Assembly (NCBI GenBank): GCA_017410525.1
Contig: JAFQQQ010000002.1
Coordinates: 205,591-269,590 of the forward strand
Direction: 5' to 3'
Length of the DNA stretch: 64,000 nucleotides
DNA from: Bacilli bacterium
GTDB taxonomy: Bacteria; Bacillota_I; Bacilli_A; RF39; UBA660
This document shows, in pieces, positions 1-10,657 of this stretch; within the stretch, counting starts at the first letter, position 1; each line of letters starts with the position of its first letter. The notes beneath the pieces are model-generated. The model ran no database searches and was not told the DNA's origin. It was given only the letters and a program-made list of their open reading frames with translations. A program made the translations under genes and the position numbers.

Positions 1-473
1 TATTCAATTAAATGATCCGCTTGAGCAACACCTGTATTAAATAGTAGGCTATTACCAAACATTTCTTCTTTTCTTGCTGTATATTTACCTTCGAGTAAGT
101 TTCCTGTAACTATTACATATTTAACTCCATTTTCAGCAAACTTCCTATACATATCATTTAATTTAGATATTTGTTCATATTTAGAACCGAATCTTAAATC
201 AGATATAACTCCAATTTTAGTATTAGAGTCTAAATCCTCGTCAATCTTATATGTATATTGTTTAGATAAATCGGGATTGTTATTTATTTTTATTTCAATC
301 TTATCTGATTTTTCATAAACTTTAACAATTATCTCTTGATCTTTTAGTTTTGAAATATATCCATATAAGGCGAAATCGCTTATTTCTAGTTCTTTACAAA
401 GATTTTCTACTGTAGAACCTTTTTCTAAAACATCTTTTAAATAATCTAATATTTCTTTTTCTGTTTTTGCCAT
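1..473 (-). CDS. CDS truncated by the window edge: N-terminal HTH-like region followed by a metallophosphoesterase-like region with degenerate motifs
   Basis: My reverse-complement translation from the ATG (CAT at 471-473) reads MAKTEKEILDYLKDVLEKGSTVENLCKELEISDFALYGYISKLKDQEIIVKVYEKSDK...IGVISDLRFGSKYEQ...YVIVTGNLLEGKY... and stays open to position 1. GGAGG (RC of 480-484) lies 6 nt upstream. ISDLRFGS and VTGNLLEG resemble calcineurin-type motifs I/II, but with H->R and D->N. Not in the supplied ORF track. Confidence 0.6.
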   Translation of the reverse strand, partial: MAKTEKEILDYLKDVLEKGSTVENLCKELEISDFALYGYISKLKDQEIIVKVYEKSDKIEIKINNNPDLSKQYTYKIDEDLDSNTKIGVISDLRFGSKYEQISKLNDMYRKFAENGVKYVIVTGNLLEGKYTARKEEMFGNSLLFNTGVAQADHLIE

Positions 474-676
474 AATTTACCTCCATAAAAAACAAAAAGA
501 GAACACAAAATCAAAAAGCGCTCTCTTTAAATGATAAATAGAATGATTTTAATATAAGATTTAGTTTATTCATGTTCTCACATCCTACTACTATTCTAAA
601 CTGATTATAACACTTCTCTAACTCATAAACAAGTCTTTTTTTGATTTTTTTTCATAATCTTTATTAGAGGTGAATT

Positions 677-1852
677 ATGAAAAAGATTTTAATGTGTTTT
701 ATTTGTTTATTTATGGTAATTCCTTTTGTTAATATGTATGCAGAAGAAGTTAAGGAAGAAAAAAGTAATGTGTTAGCTAAAAACGCTAAAAGTGCTATTT
801 TACTTGAAGAAAGTACAGGTGAAATACTTTATGAGTTTAATTCTCATGAGAAATTAGAGCCTGCAAGTATGACTAAGATGATGAGTTTATTACTTATAAT
901 GGAAGCTATAGAAAAAGATGTAATAAAGTGGGATCAAATCATAACAGTATCATCTAATGCTTCTGGTATGGGTGGAAGTCAAATACTTCTTGAAACTGGT
1001 GAAAAGATGAGTGTTGATGACTTAGTTAAAGGTGTTGCTATTGCTTCGGGTAATGATGCAGTAGTTGCTTTAGCGGAAGCAATTGCTGGAACAGAAGAAA
1101 ACTTTGTAAAAATGATGAATGATAAATTAGTTGAATTAGGACTTAAAGATAGTAATTTTAAAAATTGTCATGGATTAGATGAGGAAGGCCACTATTCAAG
1201 TGCTTATGATATGGCCCATATTGCTCGTGAACTTGTTAAACATGAAAAGATATTAGAATATTCTAGTATATATGAAACATATTTAAGGGAGGGTACAGAT
1301 AAAAAAATATGGTTAGTTAATACTAATAAATTAGTTAGATTTAAAAGCGGTGTAGATGGACTTAAAACTGGTTATACAGAAGGAGCAGGATTTTGTTTAA
1401 CTGCTACAATGAAACAAAATGATATGAGAGTTATCGCTACAGTAATGGGGGAACCTGATAGTCAGACAAGAAACAATGAAGTATCTTCTATGCTTGATTA
1501 TGCTTTTGCTCAAGTAGGAATAAAAAAGGTATTGTCAAAAAGTAGTGTGGTTGAAAAAATAAGTTTATCAAAATCTAAATTAGATGAAATAGAAATTGTT
1601 CCTGTTAAAGATGTTACAGTTTTATACAAAAAGGTAGAAGGAGAAATAACTCCTACATATGAAATAAAATTAGATGAAGTTAGTGTTCCTATAAAAAAAG
1701 GTGATGTAGTAGGAACTTTATATGTTATGAATAATGATGAAGTAATAAATGAAATAGATTTAACTGTTAAAGAAGATGTGGAAAAGTGTAATTTATTTGA
1801 ATTATACTGGAAATATTTAAAAAATATAATAGGTGGTAATATTAAGTTTTAA
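677..1852 (+). CDS. Serine-type D-Ala-D-Ala carboxypeptidase (peptidase S11, low-MW PBP)
   Basis: Signal peptide; SxxK (ASMTKMM), SGN (IASGNDA) and KTG (LKTGYT) motifs; RBS AGAGGTG upstream. Confidence 0.9.
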   Translation: MKKILMCFICLFMVIPFVNMYAEEVKEEKSNVLAKNAKSAILLEESTGEILYEFNSHEKLEPASMTKMMSLLLIMEAIEKDVIKWDQIITVSSNASGMGGSQILLETGEKMSVDDLVKGVAIASGNDAVVALAEAIAGTEENFVKMMNDKLVELGLKDSNFKNCHGLDEEGHYSSAYDMAHIARELVKHEKILEYSSIYETYLREGTDKKIWLVNTNKLVRFKSGVDGLKTGYTEGAGFCLTATMKQNDMRVIATVMGEPDSQTRNNEVSSMLDYAFAQVGIKKVLSKSSVVEKISLSKSKLDEIEIVPVKDVTVLYKKVEGEITPTYEIKLDEVSVPIKKGDVVGTLYVMNNDEVINEIDLTVKEDVEKCNLFELYWKYLKNIIGGNIKF

Positions 1853-1942
1853 GAGATGAGAATCTCTTTTAATTTTAAATGGCGAAATATTTACTTTTTT
1901 TTATATGAGTGATATAATCTTTATAAGAATAAGGAGGTATGT

Positions 1943-3559
1943 ATGAGAGAAGTATATATATTTGGACATAAAAAGCCTGATACAGATTCAGTAACTTCAG
2001 CTATAGCCTTATCTTATTTGAAAAATCAGATAGGTATTAAATCTAAACCTGTGGTATTAGGAGATATAAATAAAGAGACTCATTTTGTGTTAAAATATTT
2101 TAATATAGAAAAACCAGAATACTTAGAAGATGTTAAACTACAAATAAAAGATTTAAATTATTATAAAGATTGTTACGTAAGTAAGTTTGACTCGATTAGA
2201 AAAACATATGACTATATGGGAAGCAAAAATATTACGGGTGTTCCTATTGTAGATAATGAAAAAAAGTTTATAGGTCTTCTAACTTCTAAAATGATTGGTT
2301 CCGAATTAATAAATGGTAATTTTACTAAATTAAATACATCCTATGATAATATTTTGGATGTGCTTAAAGGGGAAGAAATTCTAAGATTTGATGACGAAAT
2401 AAGTGGTAATATATTAGCTGCTTCTTTTAGAAGTACAACTATTTTAAATACAGTAGAATTTAGAAAAGATACAATAATGATTATAGGAGATAGGCATAGC
2501 GTTATAGAAGCTGCGGTTAATAGTTATATAAAATTGTTAGTAATAGTAGGTAATTTAGAAATAAAAGAAGAACACTTATCTATTGCTAGACAAAATAAGG
2601 TAAATATTATAAGAACTCATTTTGATACATTTCATACAGCTAAATTGATAGGTTTATCTAATTATGTAGATAATTTACTTACTGATACTAGAACTATTAG
2701 TTTTAACGAAAATGATTACTATGATGATTTTAAAGATAAAAGTGTAAAATTAGGGCACAATAACTATCCAGTAATAGATGATAGTGGAATATGTTTAGGA
2801 CTTATAAGAATTACTGATATTAAAAATATGAATAGAAAACAAGTAATACTTGTAGATCATAATGAGGCTGTTCAAAGTATTGATGGGCTTGATGAAGCAG
2901 AAATATTAGAAATAATAGATCACCACAATATTAGTTCATTAACAACTAAGATGCCAATCAATTTTAGAAATATGACAGTAGGTAGTACTAATACAATTAT
3001 TTATTCGATATTTAATGAAAGTAATATAAATATTCCAAGTGACATTGCTGGTATTATGTTAAGTGGTATTATTTCTGATACATTAAAGTTTACTAGCCCA
3101 ACAACTACTGAATATGATAAATATGTAGCTTATAGACTTGCAGATATTGCTCAAATTAACATAGATGTATATTCTAATAAAATGTTTAAAGCGGGAACTG
3201 ATTTAAAGGGAAAAACAATTCAAGAAATTATTCAAGGGGATATGAAAATATATGAATCTAATAATGAAAGAATTGCTATATCACAAGTAATAACTTTAAA
3301 TTCAGAAGATATATTAGAAAAACGAGAAGAATATATTAAGAAAATAAATGAGATGAAAGAAAATAGAGGTTACGATATAATGGTAGTATGTGTAACTGAT
3401 ATAATTAAGGACGGTTCATATATATTCTTTGATGAATCAAGTAAAAGTGAGATCGCTAACGCGTTTGGATTTGAAGAAATAGAACAAGGTTATTTTTTCT
3501 CAAAATGTTTATCTAGAAAAAAACAATTAGCGCCCCTAATTATGAGTGTAGTAAAATAG
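1943..3559 (+). CDS. CBS-domain-containing family II (DHH/DHHA2) inorganic pyrophosphatase
   Basis: GHKKPDTDSV at the N-terminus, DHNE and DHH motifs, a long CBS-like insertion, and a C-terminal DHHA2-like region. 538 aa fits the CBS-PPase subfamily. Confidence 0.8.
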   Translation: MREVYIFGHKKPDTDSVTSAIALSYLKNQIGIKSKPVVLGDINKETHFVLKYFNIEKPEYLEDVKLQIKDLNYYKDCYVSKFDSIRKTYDYMGSKNITGVPIVDNEKKFIGLLTSKMIGSELINGNFTKLNTSYDNILDVLKGEEILRFDDEISGNILAASFRSTTILNTVEFRKDTIMIIGDRHSVIEAAVNSYIKLLVIVGNLEIKEEHLSIARQNKVNIIRTHFDTFHTAKLIGLSNYVDNLLTDTRTISFNENDYYDDFKDKSVKLGHNNYPVIDDSGICLGLIRITDIKNMNRKQVILVDHNEAVQSIDGLDEAEILEIIDHHNISSLTTKMPINFRNMTVGSTNTIIYSIFNESNINIPSDIAGIMLSGIISDTLKFTSPTTTEYDKYVAYRLADIAQINIDVYSNKMFKAGTDLKGKTIQEIIQGDMKIYESNNERIAISQVITLNSEDILEKREEYIKKINEMKENRGYDIMVVCVTDIIKDGSYIFFDESSKSEIANAFGFEEIEQGYFFSKCLSRKKQLAPLIMSVVK

Positions 3560-3641
3560 TGTTAAACCACTATTTTTTTCTATTTATCAATTGATATTAA
3601 CTCTTTTCTATGATAAAATTAATAAAGAATGAAGGTGTATT

Positions 3642-4163
3642 ATGGAAGTTTATGTACCAGATATTTATCAAGAAAATATATATAAATTAAATTATGAAAC
3701 TCTACTTTCTAGGGGGATTAAATGCTTGTTTTTTGATTTAGATAATACTATAGCTAAAGTTAAAGATACAATGCCTAAAGATGCTGTAAAAGAATTATTT
3801 GATAATTTAAAAAGAAAAGGTTTTAAAATACTTATTACTTCTAATAGTATTAAGGCTAGGGTAAAACCATTTGCAGAAGAATTGAAAGTAGATTATATAT
3901 CAAGTTGTAAGAAACCTAATATAGAAAAAATAGATGAGTTTATAAAAAATAGTAAATTTGGATTAGATGAGATAGCTATAATAGGGGACTCTATGATGGA
4001 TGATGTAGTATGTGGAAACACAATAGGTATAACTACTGTACTATTAGATCAAATGAGTAAAATGGAATTTCCTATTGCTCGTTTAAAAAGAATTAAAGAA
4101 AAAAGAATACAAAAAAAATTAAGAGATAAAAATCTGTTTACTAAAGGAAGATATTATGTCTAA
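3642..4163 (+). CDS. yqeG: YqeG-family HAD phosphatase
   Basis: FFDLDNTI (HAD motif I), ITSNS, GDSMMDD. Sits immediately upstream of yqeH, as in Bacillus. Confidence 0.8.
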   Translation: MEVYVPDIYQENIYKLNYETLLSRGIKCLFFDLDNTIAKVKDTMPKDAVKELFDNLKRKGFKILITSNSIKARVKPFAEELKVDYISSCKKPNIEKIDEFIKNSKFGLDEIAIIGDSMMDDVVCGNTIGITTVLLDQMSKMEFPIARLKRIKEKRIQKKLRDKNLFTKGRYYV

Positions 4164-5145
4164 ATGTATAGGTTGTGGAGTAAAATTACAAACTATAAAT
4201 AATAAGACTCTAGGTTATACTACTAATTTAGATAATAAATTATGTGAAAGATGTTTTAGAATAAGAAATTACAACGATTATAAATTTGTTATAAAAGATA
4301 ATACTGATTATATAAATATTTTAAAAGATATAAATAAGACTAATGATTTAGTAGTGCTTGTAGTAGATTTATTTAATATAAGTCAATATTTAAATGATAT
4401 ATCAAAATATATAGATAATAACGTCTTACTTGTATTAACTAAAAGAGATATATTACCTAAATCTTGTTATGATGAAAAGTTTAAACAATACTTTAAAAAT
4501 TATAATCTAAATATATTAGATACAGTAGTAGTAAGTAGTAATAAAAATTATAATTTAGATACACTTTATGAAAAAATAAATAGTTATAAAACAAGTAATA
4601 AAGTATATGTAGTGGGGTTTACTAATTCTGGCAAAAGTACTTTGATAAATAAAATAATTTATAATTATTCAAATAATGATATGGTTATAACTACTAGTAA
4701 TTTACCATCTACTACAATTGATTCTATAACTGTTAAAGTAAATGATGATTTAATTTTAATAGATACTCCAGGACTACTTGATGATGCAGATATAATTAAT
4801 TTTATAGATTCAAAAACTCTAAAAAGAATTATTCCAAATAGAGAAATAAAACCTATTACATATCAAATAAAAGATAAACAAACTATATTAATAGATGAAT
4901 TAGTTAGGTTAGATTTAATAGATAAAAATAATATGACTGTTTATATGTCTAATAATTTGGAAATAAAAAGATTATTTAAAGATACAAACGATTTAAAAAA
5001 TTTAAAAAAACATGAGTTAGATATAAGCGATGATAATGATGTGGTAATACAGGGGCTTGGATTTATAAAATTCACACATAAATCAAAAATAGTTTTATAT
5101 ACAAAGGAAAATGTTGCTGTTTATGTTAGAAAGAACTTAATATAA
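4156..5145 (+). CDS. yqeH: Ribosome-biogenesis GTPase YqeH (circularly permuted)
   Basis: Zinc ribbon CIGCG...CERCF. The G4-like TKRD precedes G1 GFTNSGKST and G3 DTPG. Overlaps yqeG by 8 nt. Confidence 0.85.
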   Translation: MSKCIGCGVKLQTINNKTLGYTTNLDNKLCERCFRIRNYNDYKFVIKDNTDYINILKDINKTNDLVVLVVDLFNISQYLNDISKYIDNNVLLVLTKRDILPKSCYDEKFKQYFKNYNLNILDTVVVSSNKNYNLDTLYEKINSYKTSNKVYVVGFTNSGKSTLINKIIYNYSNNDMVITTSNLPSTTIDSITVKVNDDLILIDTPGLLDDADIINFIDSKTLKRIIPNREIKPITYQIKDKQTILIDELVRLDLIDKNNMTVYMSNNLEIKRLFKDTNDLKNLKKHELDISDDNDVVIQGLGFIKFTHKSKIVLYTKENVAVYVRKNLI

Positions 5146-5154
5146 GGTGATAAT

Positions 5155-6000
5155 ATGAAAAATAAAACAGAAAAAAATAATAATTTATTTATAATAATTT
5201 TATTTGCTATTGTGTTAGTTTTAGTATTGTTTTTGCCTAAAATTTATGAGTTTATAGAAGCTGAGAAGTTACCTGAAGTAGAAAAAAAAGAAGAAAAAGA
5301 AGAAACGGAAGAAAAAATAGTAAATGAAGAAACATTGAAAAATATACATTTTCCAATAATGAGAAATAGCGTTTATGATTTTAATACGTATTATAGTTTA
5401 GATAAGTTTACTATTTCAAATATGTCTAATAATGATATATTATATAATGCTTTTATGGATATATATGAAGGCAATATGACAACGTCAAATATTACTGGCA
5501 GTTGTACATCAACACCAAAACAATTTAGTGTGGATTATCTAGAACTTAGAATTAAAAATATACTTGGTAAAAATGTAAAGTATAATTTAGAATCATTCTA
5601 TGTACCAGAAGATTCAACTAGTAACTATAAGGGAACTTGGGTTTATGATAGTATTAATGGTAGATTTATTTATAATGGTTTATGTTCTTATAAGGCAACC
5701 AATACTAAGTATTATAATTTAGAAGAATTAATAAGTGCTAAATACAAAGATAGCGATATTGTTGTAAATTATTATGTAGGATTTGCTAAAGTAGTAGATA
5801 ACAACTATGTAATTTATAGCGATGCTGGCATGACAAAAGAAATACATAATGGAACATTTACTTCTTTAGAAGATTTAAATAATATATTTAAATCAATTAA
5901 TAAAAACAATAAAAAAATATATAAATATGTATTTAAAAACACATTGTGTAGTTATAATGAATATTGTTTATATGAAGGAAAATGGGTAAATGAAGTTTAA
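5155..6000 (+). CDS. Membrane-anchored hypothetical protein
   Basis: N-terminal TM segment LFIIILFAIVLVLVLFLP, a Glu/Lys-rich linker, then a globular region. No family recognised. Confidence 0.6.
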   Translation: MKNKTEKNNNLFIIILFAIVLVLVLFLPKIYEFIEAEKLPEVEKKEEKEETEEKIVNEETLKNIHFPIMRNSVYDFNTYYSLDKFTISNMSNNDILYNAFMDIYEGNMTTSNITGSCTSTPKQFSVDYLELRIKNILGKNVKYNLESFYVPEDSTSNYKGTWVYDSINGRFIYNGLCSYKATNTKYYNLEELISAKYKDSDIVVNYYVGFAKVVDNNYVIYSDAGMTKEIHNGTFTSLEDLNNIFKSINKNNKKIYKYVFKNTLCSYNEYCLYEGKWVNEV

Positions 6001-6289
6001 TAATGATGGTTTTAATGAAAGAATGAATTATATTCATAATTCTAATGATTTAAATAAAATAAAAAACAATCCAAATAACTTTGATAATTCGTTTGCTAAA
6101 ATGAGAACAGAAGAAAGAAGAAATTTAGTGACTACAATTAATCATGATAAAGTATTAGTAACTGAGGAAGTTAGAGGTAATAAAGATAATTTCTTAATTA
6201 GAAATAACAATATAAATAGAATAAATGCAAAACCTAATATTAATAACCCAGTAAGTAATGCGTTAAATAGAAATATGTTTAAAAGATAG
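5990..6289 (+). CDS. Asn-rich hypothetical protein
   Basis: 99-aa ORF overlapping the upstream gene by 11 nt, followed by hairpin AAGATAG/CTATCTT plus a T-run at 6282-6306. Low complexity. Confidence 0.45.
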   Translation: MKFNNDGFNERMNYIHNSNDLNKIKNNPNNFDNSFAKMRTEERRNLVTTINHDKVLVTEEVRGNKDNFLIRNNNINRINAKPNINNPVSNALNRNMFKR

Positions 6290-6327
6290 GTTGCTATCTT
6301 TTTTATATAAAAATTTAATTTTATGTA

Positions 6328-6356
6328 TTGTAATTTAAAAAAAATTATAATATAAT
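6328..6356 (+). promoter_or_regulatory. Sigma-A-type promoter for the ABC-2 exporter operon
   Basis: TTGTAA (6328-6333), 17-nt spacer, TATAAT (6351-6356). Confidence 0.5.
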
Positions 6357-6507
6357 TAAGAAGACGTTTTGCAAAGAATCTACAATTTATTAAAAAACAA
6401 CTAGATGGCTACATTTAAAAATGTGGTTTTTTGTGTTATGTAAAAGAAAAGAAAGGAGAGTATGGATGATAAATTGTTGATTCTTTCTAGGAAGGAGTTG
6501 AATAAAA

Positions 6508-7488
6508 ATGTCATTCATCGAGGTTAAACATATAAATAAATCATTTAAGGTACCTATAAAGTCTAATGGAAGATTTGGCGCTTTAAAAACTTTCTTTAGT
6601 AGAAAATATAATTATATTAAAGCTATTAATGATATTTCGTTTTCTATTAAGAAAGGAGAAATAGTTGGTTACATTGGTCCAAATGGGGCAGGTAAGTCTA
6701 CAACAATAAAAATGTTATCTGGAATACTTGTGCCTGATAGTGGTAGTATTGTAATTGACAAAATGACACCTTGGAAGGATAGAAGAAAATATGTATCTAA
6801 AATAGGTGTTGTATTTGGCCAAAGAAGTCAATTATGGTGGGATATACCAGCTATTGATTCATTTAATTTGCTTAAAGATATTTATAAATTAGATGATAGG
6901 GAATATAAAAAAACATTAAATGAATTAATAGAGTTATTAAACTTAAAAGATATAATAAATATACCAGTAAGAAATTTAAGTTTAGGTAATAGAATGAAAT
7001 GCGAAATAGCGGCATCACTCATTCATAAGCCTAAAATACTATTTTTAGATGAACCTACTATAGGGTTAGATGCAATATCTAAAAAAACAGTTAGAGAATT
7101 TATAAAAAAGATAAATAGACAAAATAAAGTTACAGTAATATTAACGACTCATGATATGGCAGATATAGAAGCTCTAGCTAAAAGAATTATTTTAATTGGT
7201 AAAGGTAAATTATTATATGATGGATCACTTTCTAAATTAAAAAGAAAATATGATTATTTAAGAAAAATAACGGTAATAACTAAAGATAAAATAAAAATAG
7301 AAGAAGATTATATAATAGAAGAAAAAAATATTGACGGTGGAATTGAATTTATAATAGACATAAGAAAAATTGAAATAAATGATTTTATAAAACTAGTATC
7401 ATCTAAAATATCTATAAGTGATATTGATATAGATAGTGGTAATATTGATGAATTAATTGTTAAATTATATGAGGATTTTAAAATATGA
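6508..7488 (+). CDS. ABC transporter ATP-binding protein
   Basis: Walker A GPNGAGKST, signature LSLGNRMK, Walker B ILFLDEPT. Confidence 0.9.
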   Translation: MSFIEVKHINKSFKVPIKSNGRFGALKTFFSRKYNYIKAINDISFSIKKGEIVGYIGPNGAGKSTTIKMLSGILVPDSGSIVIDKMTPWKDRRKYVSKIGVVFGQRSQLWWDIPAIDSFNLLKDIYKLDDREYKKTLNELIELLNLKDIINIPVRNLSLGNRMKCEIAASLIHKPKILFLDEPTIGLDAISKKTVREFIKKINRQNKVTVILTTHDMADIEALAKRIILIGKGKLLYDGSLSKLKRKYDYLRKITVITKDKIKIEEDYIIEEKNIDGGIEFIIDIRKIEINDFIKLVSSKISISDIDIDSGNIDELIVKLYEDFKI

Positions 7489-8288
7489 AGTCTTATATAA
7501 CATATTTTAAATTAAAGTTTAAAACAGGACTTCAATATAGAGCTGCTGCTTTAGCAGGTATGGCTACTCAAGTATTCTTTGGATTTGTATATGTTTCAAT
7601 ATATATAGCATTCTATGAATCTGGTAGTGGTAATTTACCTATGGAATTAAATGAACTTGTAAGTTATGTTTGGATTAGCCAAAGTTTGTTAGCCCTTGTT
7701 TATATGTGGTATAAAGATAAAGAAATATTAAATATGATTAAGTCAGGTAACATTGCTTATGAATTATGTAGACCTCAAGATTTATATTTTATGTGGGCAA
7801 GTAAAATACTTGGAGAAAGACTTTCCAGTTGTGCTTTAAGATTTTTACCAGTAATTCTATTTGCTTTATTACTTCCAAGTCCATATAATTTAGATTTAAG
7901 TATTACATTACCTAGATTATTGTTATTTATGGTTGTAATGATATTATCAATTATACTTATGACAGTGCTTGTACTTTTATATCATGTAATTTGTTTAATT
8001 ACTTTAGATGACAAAGGTATAGTAAATATATTCATGGTGTTATCAGATATATTATCAGGCATGGCAATACCAATACCTTTCTTTCCAAGTTATCTTAAAA
8101 ACATATCTAATATATTACCATTTAGATATATAACTGATTTTCCATTTAGATTATATGTAGGAAATATTAGTATCAATGAAGGATTGTTTGGATTAGTAAT
8201 ACAAATCATATGGATAATAATACTTGTTATAATTGGTAGATTTATAACAAAAAAATCACTAAAGAAAGCAGTTATACAAGGTGGTTAA
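7485..8288 (+). CDS. ABC-2-type permease
   Basis: Polytopic membrane protein. ATGA overlap with the ATPase gene. Confidence 0.75.
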   Translation: MKSYITYFKLKFKTGLQYRAAALAGMATQVFFGFVYVSIYIAFYESGSGNLPMELNELVSYVWISQSLLALVYMWYKDKEILNMIKSGNIAYELCRPQDLYFMWASKILGERLSSCALRFLPVILFALLLPSPYNLDLSITLPRLLLFMVVMILSIILMTVLVLLYHVICLITLDDKGIVNIFMVLSDILSGMAIPIPFFPSYLKNISNILPFRYITDFPFRLYVGNISINEGLFGLVIQIIWIIILVIIGRFITKKSLKKAVIQGG

Positions 8289-8289
8289 T

Positions 8290-9066
8290 ATGGGATTATA
8301 TTTTAAATACTTTAAAATTCATTTTAAAAGTGAATTGCAATATAAACTATCTTTCATAATGTCATTTATAGCGCAATTCTTCGTATTCTTTGGTTATTAT
8401 TTTACAATTATTTGTTTATTTGATAAGTTCTCAAATATAAAAGGATTTACTCTCTATGAAGTGTTATTAACTTTTGGGATAATACAATTTGGATTTTCAT
8501 TTTGTGAGACATTTTTTAGAGGCATTGATCAATTTGATTATTTAATATTAAAAGGAAATTTTGATAGATTACTTTTAAGGCCTATAAATATTTTATTACA
8601 AGTGTTTTGTGAAGAAGTGAGTTTTATAAAATTATCTAGATTATTACAGTCTATTATAGTACTTATAATCGCAATAATAAAAATTGATGTAGTGTGGAAT
8701 ATAGAAAATATCATAACTTTAATATTTATGTTAATTAGTTCTATATTTATATTCCTAAGTATACTGATAATTACTGCTGCTTATTGCTTTTATACAGTAA
8801 AAGGCTTAGAAGTTAGAAATGTATTAACTTATGGATGTAGAGAGATGGCACAATATCCAATAGGTATATTTAGAAAAGGGTTTGTTATATTCTTTACTTG
8901 CATTGTACCTTTTGGATTTATAAATTATTATTCGCTTATGTTTATATTAGGTGATGTAACAAATAAATTATTAATAATTTCTCCTTTAATAACTCTTGTT
9001 TATTTAATACCAAGTGTTATAATATTTTATAAGGGTATGAAAAGATATTCTAGTGTAGGGAGTTGA
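8290..9066 (+). CDS. ABC-2-type permease (second subunit)
   Basis: Polytopic membrane protein. I prefer the ATG at 8290 (AAGGTGG RBS) over the track start at 8281. Confidence 0.75.
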   Translation: MGLYFKYFKIHFKSELQYKLSFIMSFIAQFFVFFGYYFTIICLFDKFSNIKGFTLYEVLLTFGIIQFGFSFCETFFRGIDQFDYLILKGNFDRLLLRPINILLQVFCEEVSFIKLSRLLQSIIVLIIAIIKIDVVWNIENIITLIFMLISSIFIFLSILIITAAYCFYTVKGLEVRNVLTYGCREMAQYPIGIFRKGFVIFFTCIVPFGFINYYSLMFILGDVTNKLLIISPLITLVYLIPSVIIFYKGMKRYSSVGS

Positions 9067-9070
9067 TAAA

Positions 9071-9568
9071 ATGGAATATTTAGATTTATATGATGAAAAA
9101 GGAAATTTAATTGGTGAAAAAATACTAAGAACTAAAGGTATGAAACCACAAGATGATAAATATATAAAAATAGTTCTAGTATTTATAAAAAATGATGAAA
9201 ATAAATTTTTAATGCAAAAAACATCAAAGGAAAAAGGTAGTGTTTGGGCAACTACTGGTGGACTTGTTTCGTCTGGATATACTCCAGATGAAACAGTCGT
9301 AAAAGAAATAGAGGAAGAATTAGGTTTAGTAATAGAATTTAAAGAGTTAAAACACATAGAAACAATAAAAAGAAAACATGTTTTTCAAGATACTTACTAT
9401 TTAGAAAAAAATATAAATATTGAAGATTTAAAAATTCAAGAAGAAGAAGTAGAATTCGTTAAATGGTTAAGTGTCGGTGAAATAAATGAATTAATAAAAA
9501 ATGGTGAATTTAGAGAGGGTAATATTCTTGCTTTCAATAATTTATTAGAAAAAGAAAAATTAATATAA
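9071..9568 (+). CDS. Nudix hydrolase
   Basis: Nudix-box-like GGLVSSGYTPDETVVKEIEEELGL. Confidence 0.75.
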   Translation: MEYLDLYDEKGNLIGEKILRTKGMKPQDDKYIKIVLVFIKNDENKFLMQKTSKEKGSVWATTGGLVSSGYTPDETVVKEIEEELGLVIEFKELKHIETIKRKHVFQDTYYLEKNINIEDLKIQEEEVEFVKWLSVGEINELIKNGEFREGNILAFNNLLEKEKLI

Positions 9569-9630
9569 AAAATTTTTCTTTTTTTATAGAAAATAGTATG
9601 CATTTATGATATAGTTTAAGTGGTGGTACT

Positions 9631-10149
9631 ATGTATATTATTTCTGATGATATAAAACTTTCAGTATTAGAAGATAAGGAAGAAAATTATAAGTTATTAG
9701 AAAAATGGTGTAATAGAGAAGAAATATATAAACATTTCGAGCAAAGAATTTTAAAATATGATGAAATAGTTAATAAATATAAACCAAGGTGTAATATAAA
9801 TGCAGAAGTTCCTGTTTATATGATATATTATAAAAATAAAAAGATAGGGATTATTCAATATAAAAATATAAAGTCCAATACTTATGAATTTGATATTTTT
9901 ATTGGTGAAGTCAATCTGCACAGTAAAGGTTTGGGAGAAAAAGTAATAAAACTTATAACTAATTATTTGATTGATAATAAAGGCGCCGAAACATTCTTGC
10001 TTTGTCCGTTAAAAGAAAACGAGAAGGCTATAAAATGTTATAAAAAATGTGGATATAAAATAGTGAAAGAATATAAAGATTTTAATACGATTGGTGAAGA
10101 GAAAGAATATGTTATGATGGAGTATAATTATGAAAACAATTCTTTATAA
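9631..10149 (+). CDS. GNAT N-acetyltransferase (resembles the AAC(6')-like subgroup)
   Basis: FIGEVNLHSKGLGEKV acetyl-CoA loop and a KCGYK tail. The subgroup assignment is from memory only. Confidence 0.6.
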   Translation: MYIISDDIKLSVLEDKEENYKLLEKWCNREEIYKHFEQRILKYDEIVNKYKPRCNINAEVPVYMIYYKNKKIGIIQYKNIKSNTYEFDIFIGEVNLHSKGLGEKVIKLITNYLIDNKGAETFLLCPLKENEKAIKCYKKCGYKIVKEYKDFNTIGEEKEYVMMEYNYENNSL

Positions 10150-10636
10150 TTATGATAATTTGAAAGAAGAAAATATAAATAGAACAACTAGAAGAGCAAA
10201 AGCACTTATAATTAATTCTCAGGATAAAATATTGTTTGCTCATTCAAAAAATAATTATTTTTTTGTAGGTGGTAGAGTAGAAGAAAATGAAACATTTGAT
10301 GAATGCATTGTTAGAGAAACAAAAGAGGAAACAGGAATAGATTTGCCTTTAGAAAAAAGAGAACCTTTTTTTACTATAACTTATATGAATAAGGATTATC
10401 CTAGCTTAGGTGTTAATACTAAATCAATTACTAATTACTATTTAGTTAAGTGTGATACTAAACCTGATTTAAATGAGATAACTTTAACAGAAGAAGAAAA
10501 AAATAATAATTTTAAATTAGTTTATATTCATAAAGATAAAGCACTTGAAGAATTAAATAATAATTTAGATAATTGTTCTAATAAAAATGTAGTTAGGGAT
10601 ACAATAGAAGTTATGAAAGAATATTTAAAAATATAA
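10130..10636 (+). CDS. Nudix hydrolase
   Basis: Canonical Nudix box GRVEENETFDECIVRETKEETGI. Confidence 0.8.
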   Translation: MKTILYNYDNLKEENINRTTRRAKALIINSQDKILFAHSKNNYFFVGGRVEENETFDECIVRETKEETGIDLPLEKREPFFTITYMNKDYPSLGVNTKSITNYYLVKCDTKPDLNEITLTEEEKNNNFKLVYIHKDKALEELNNNLDNCSNKNVVRDTIEVMKEYLKI

Positions 10637-10657
10637 TAAATTAATTCAGGAGGGTTT

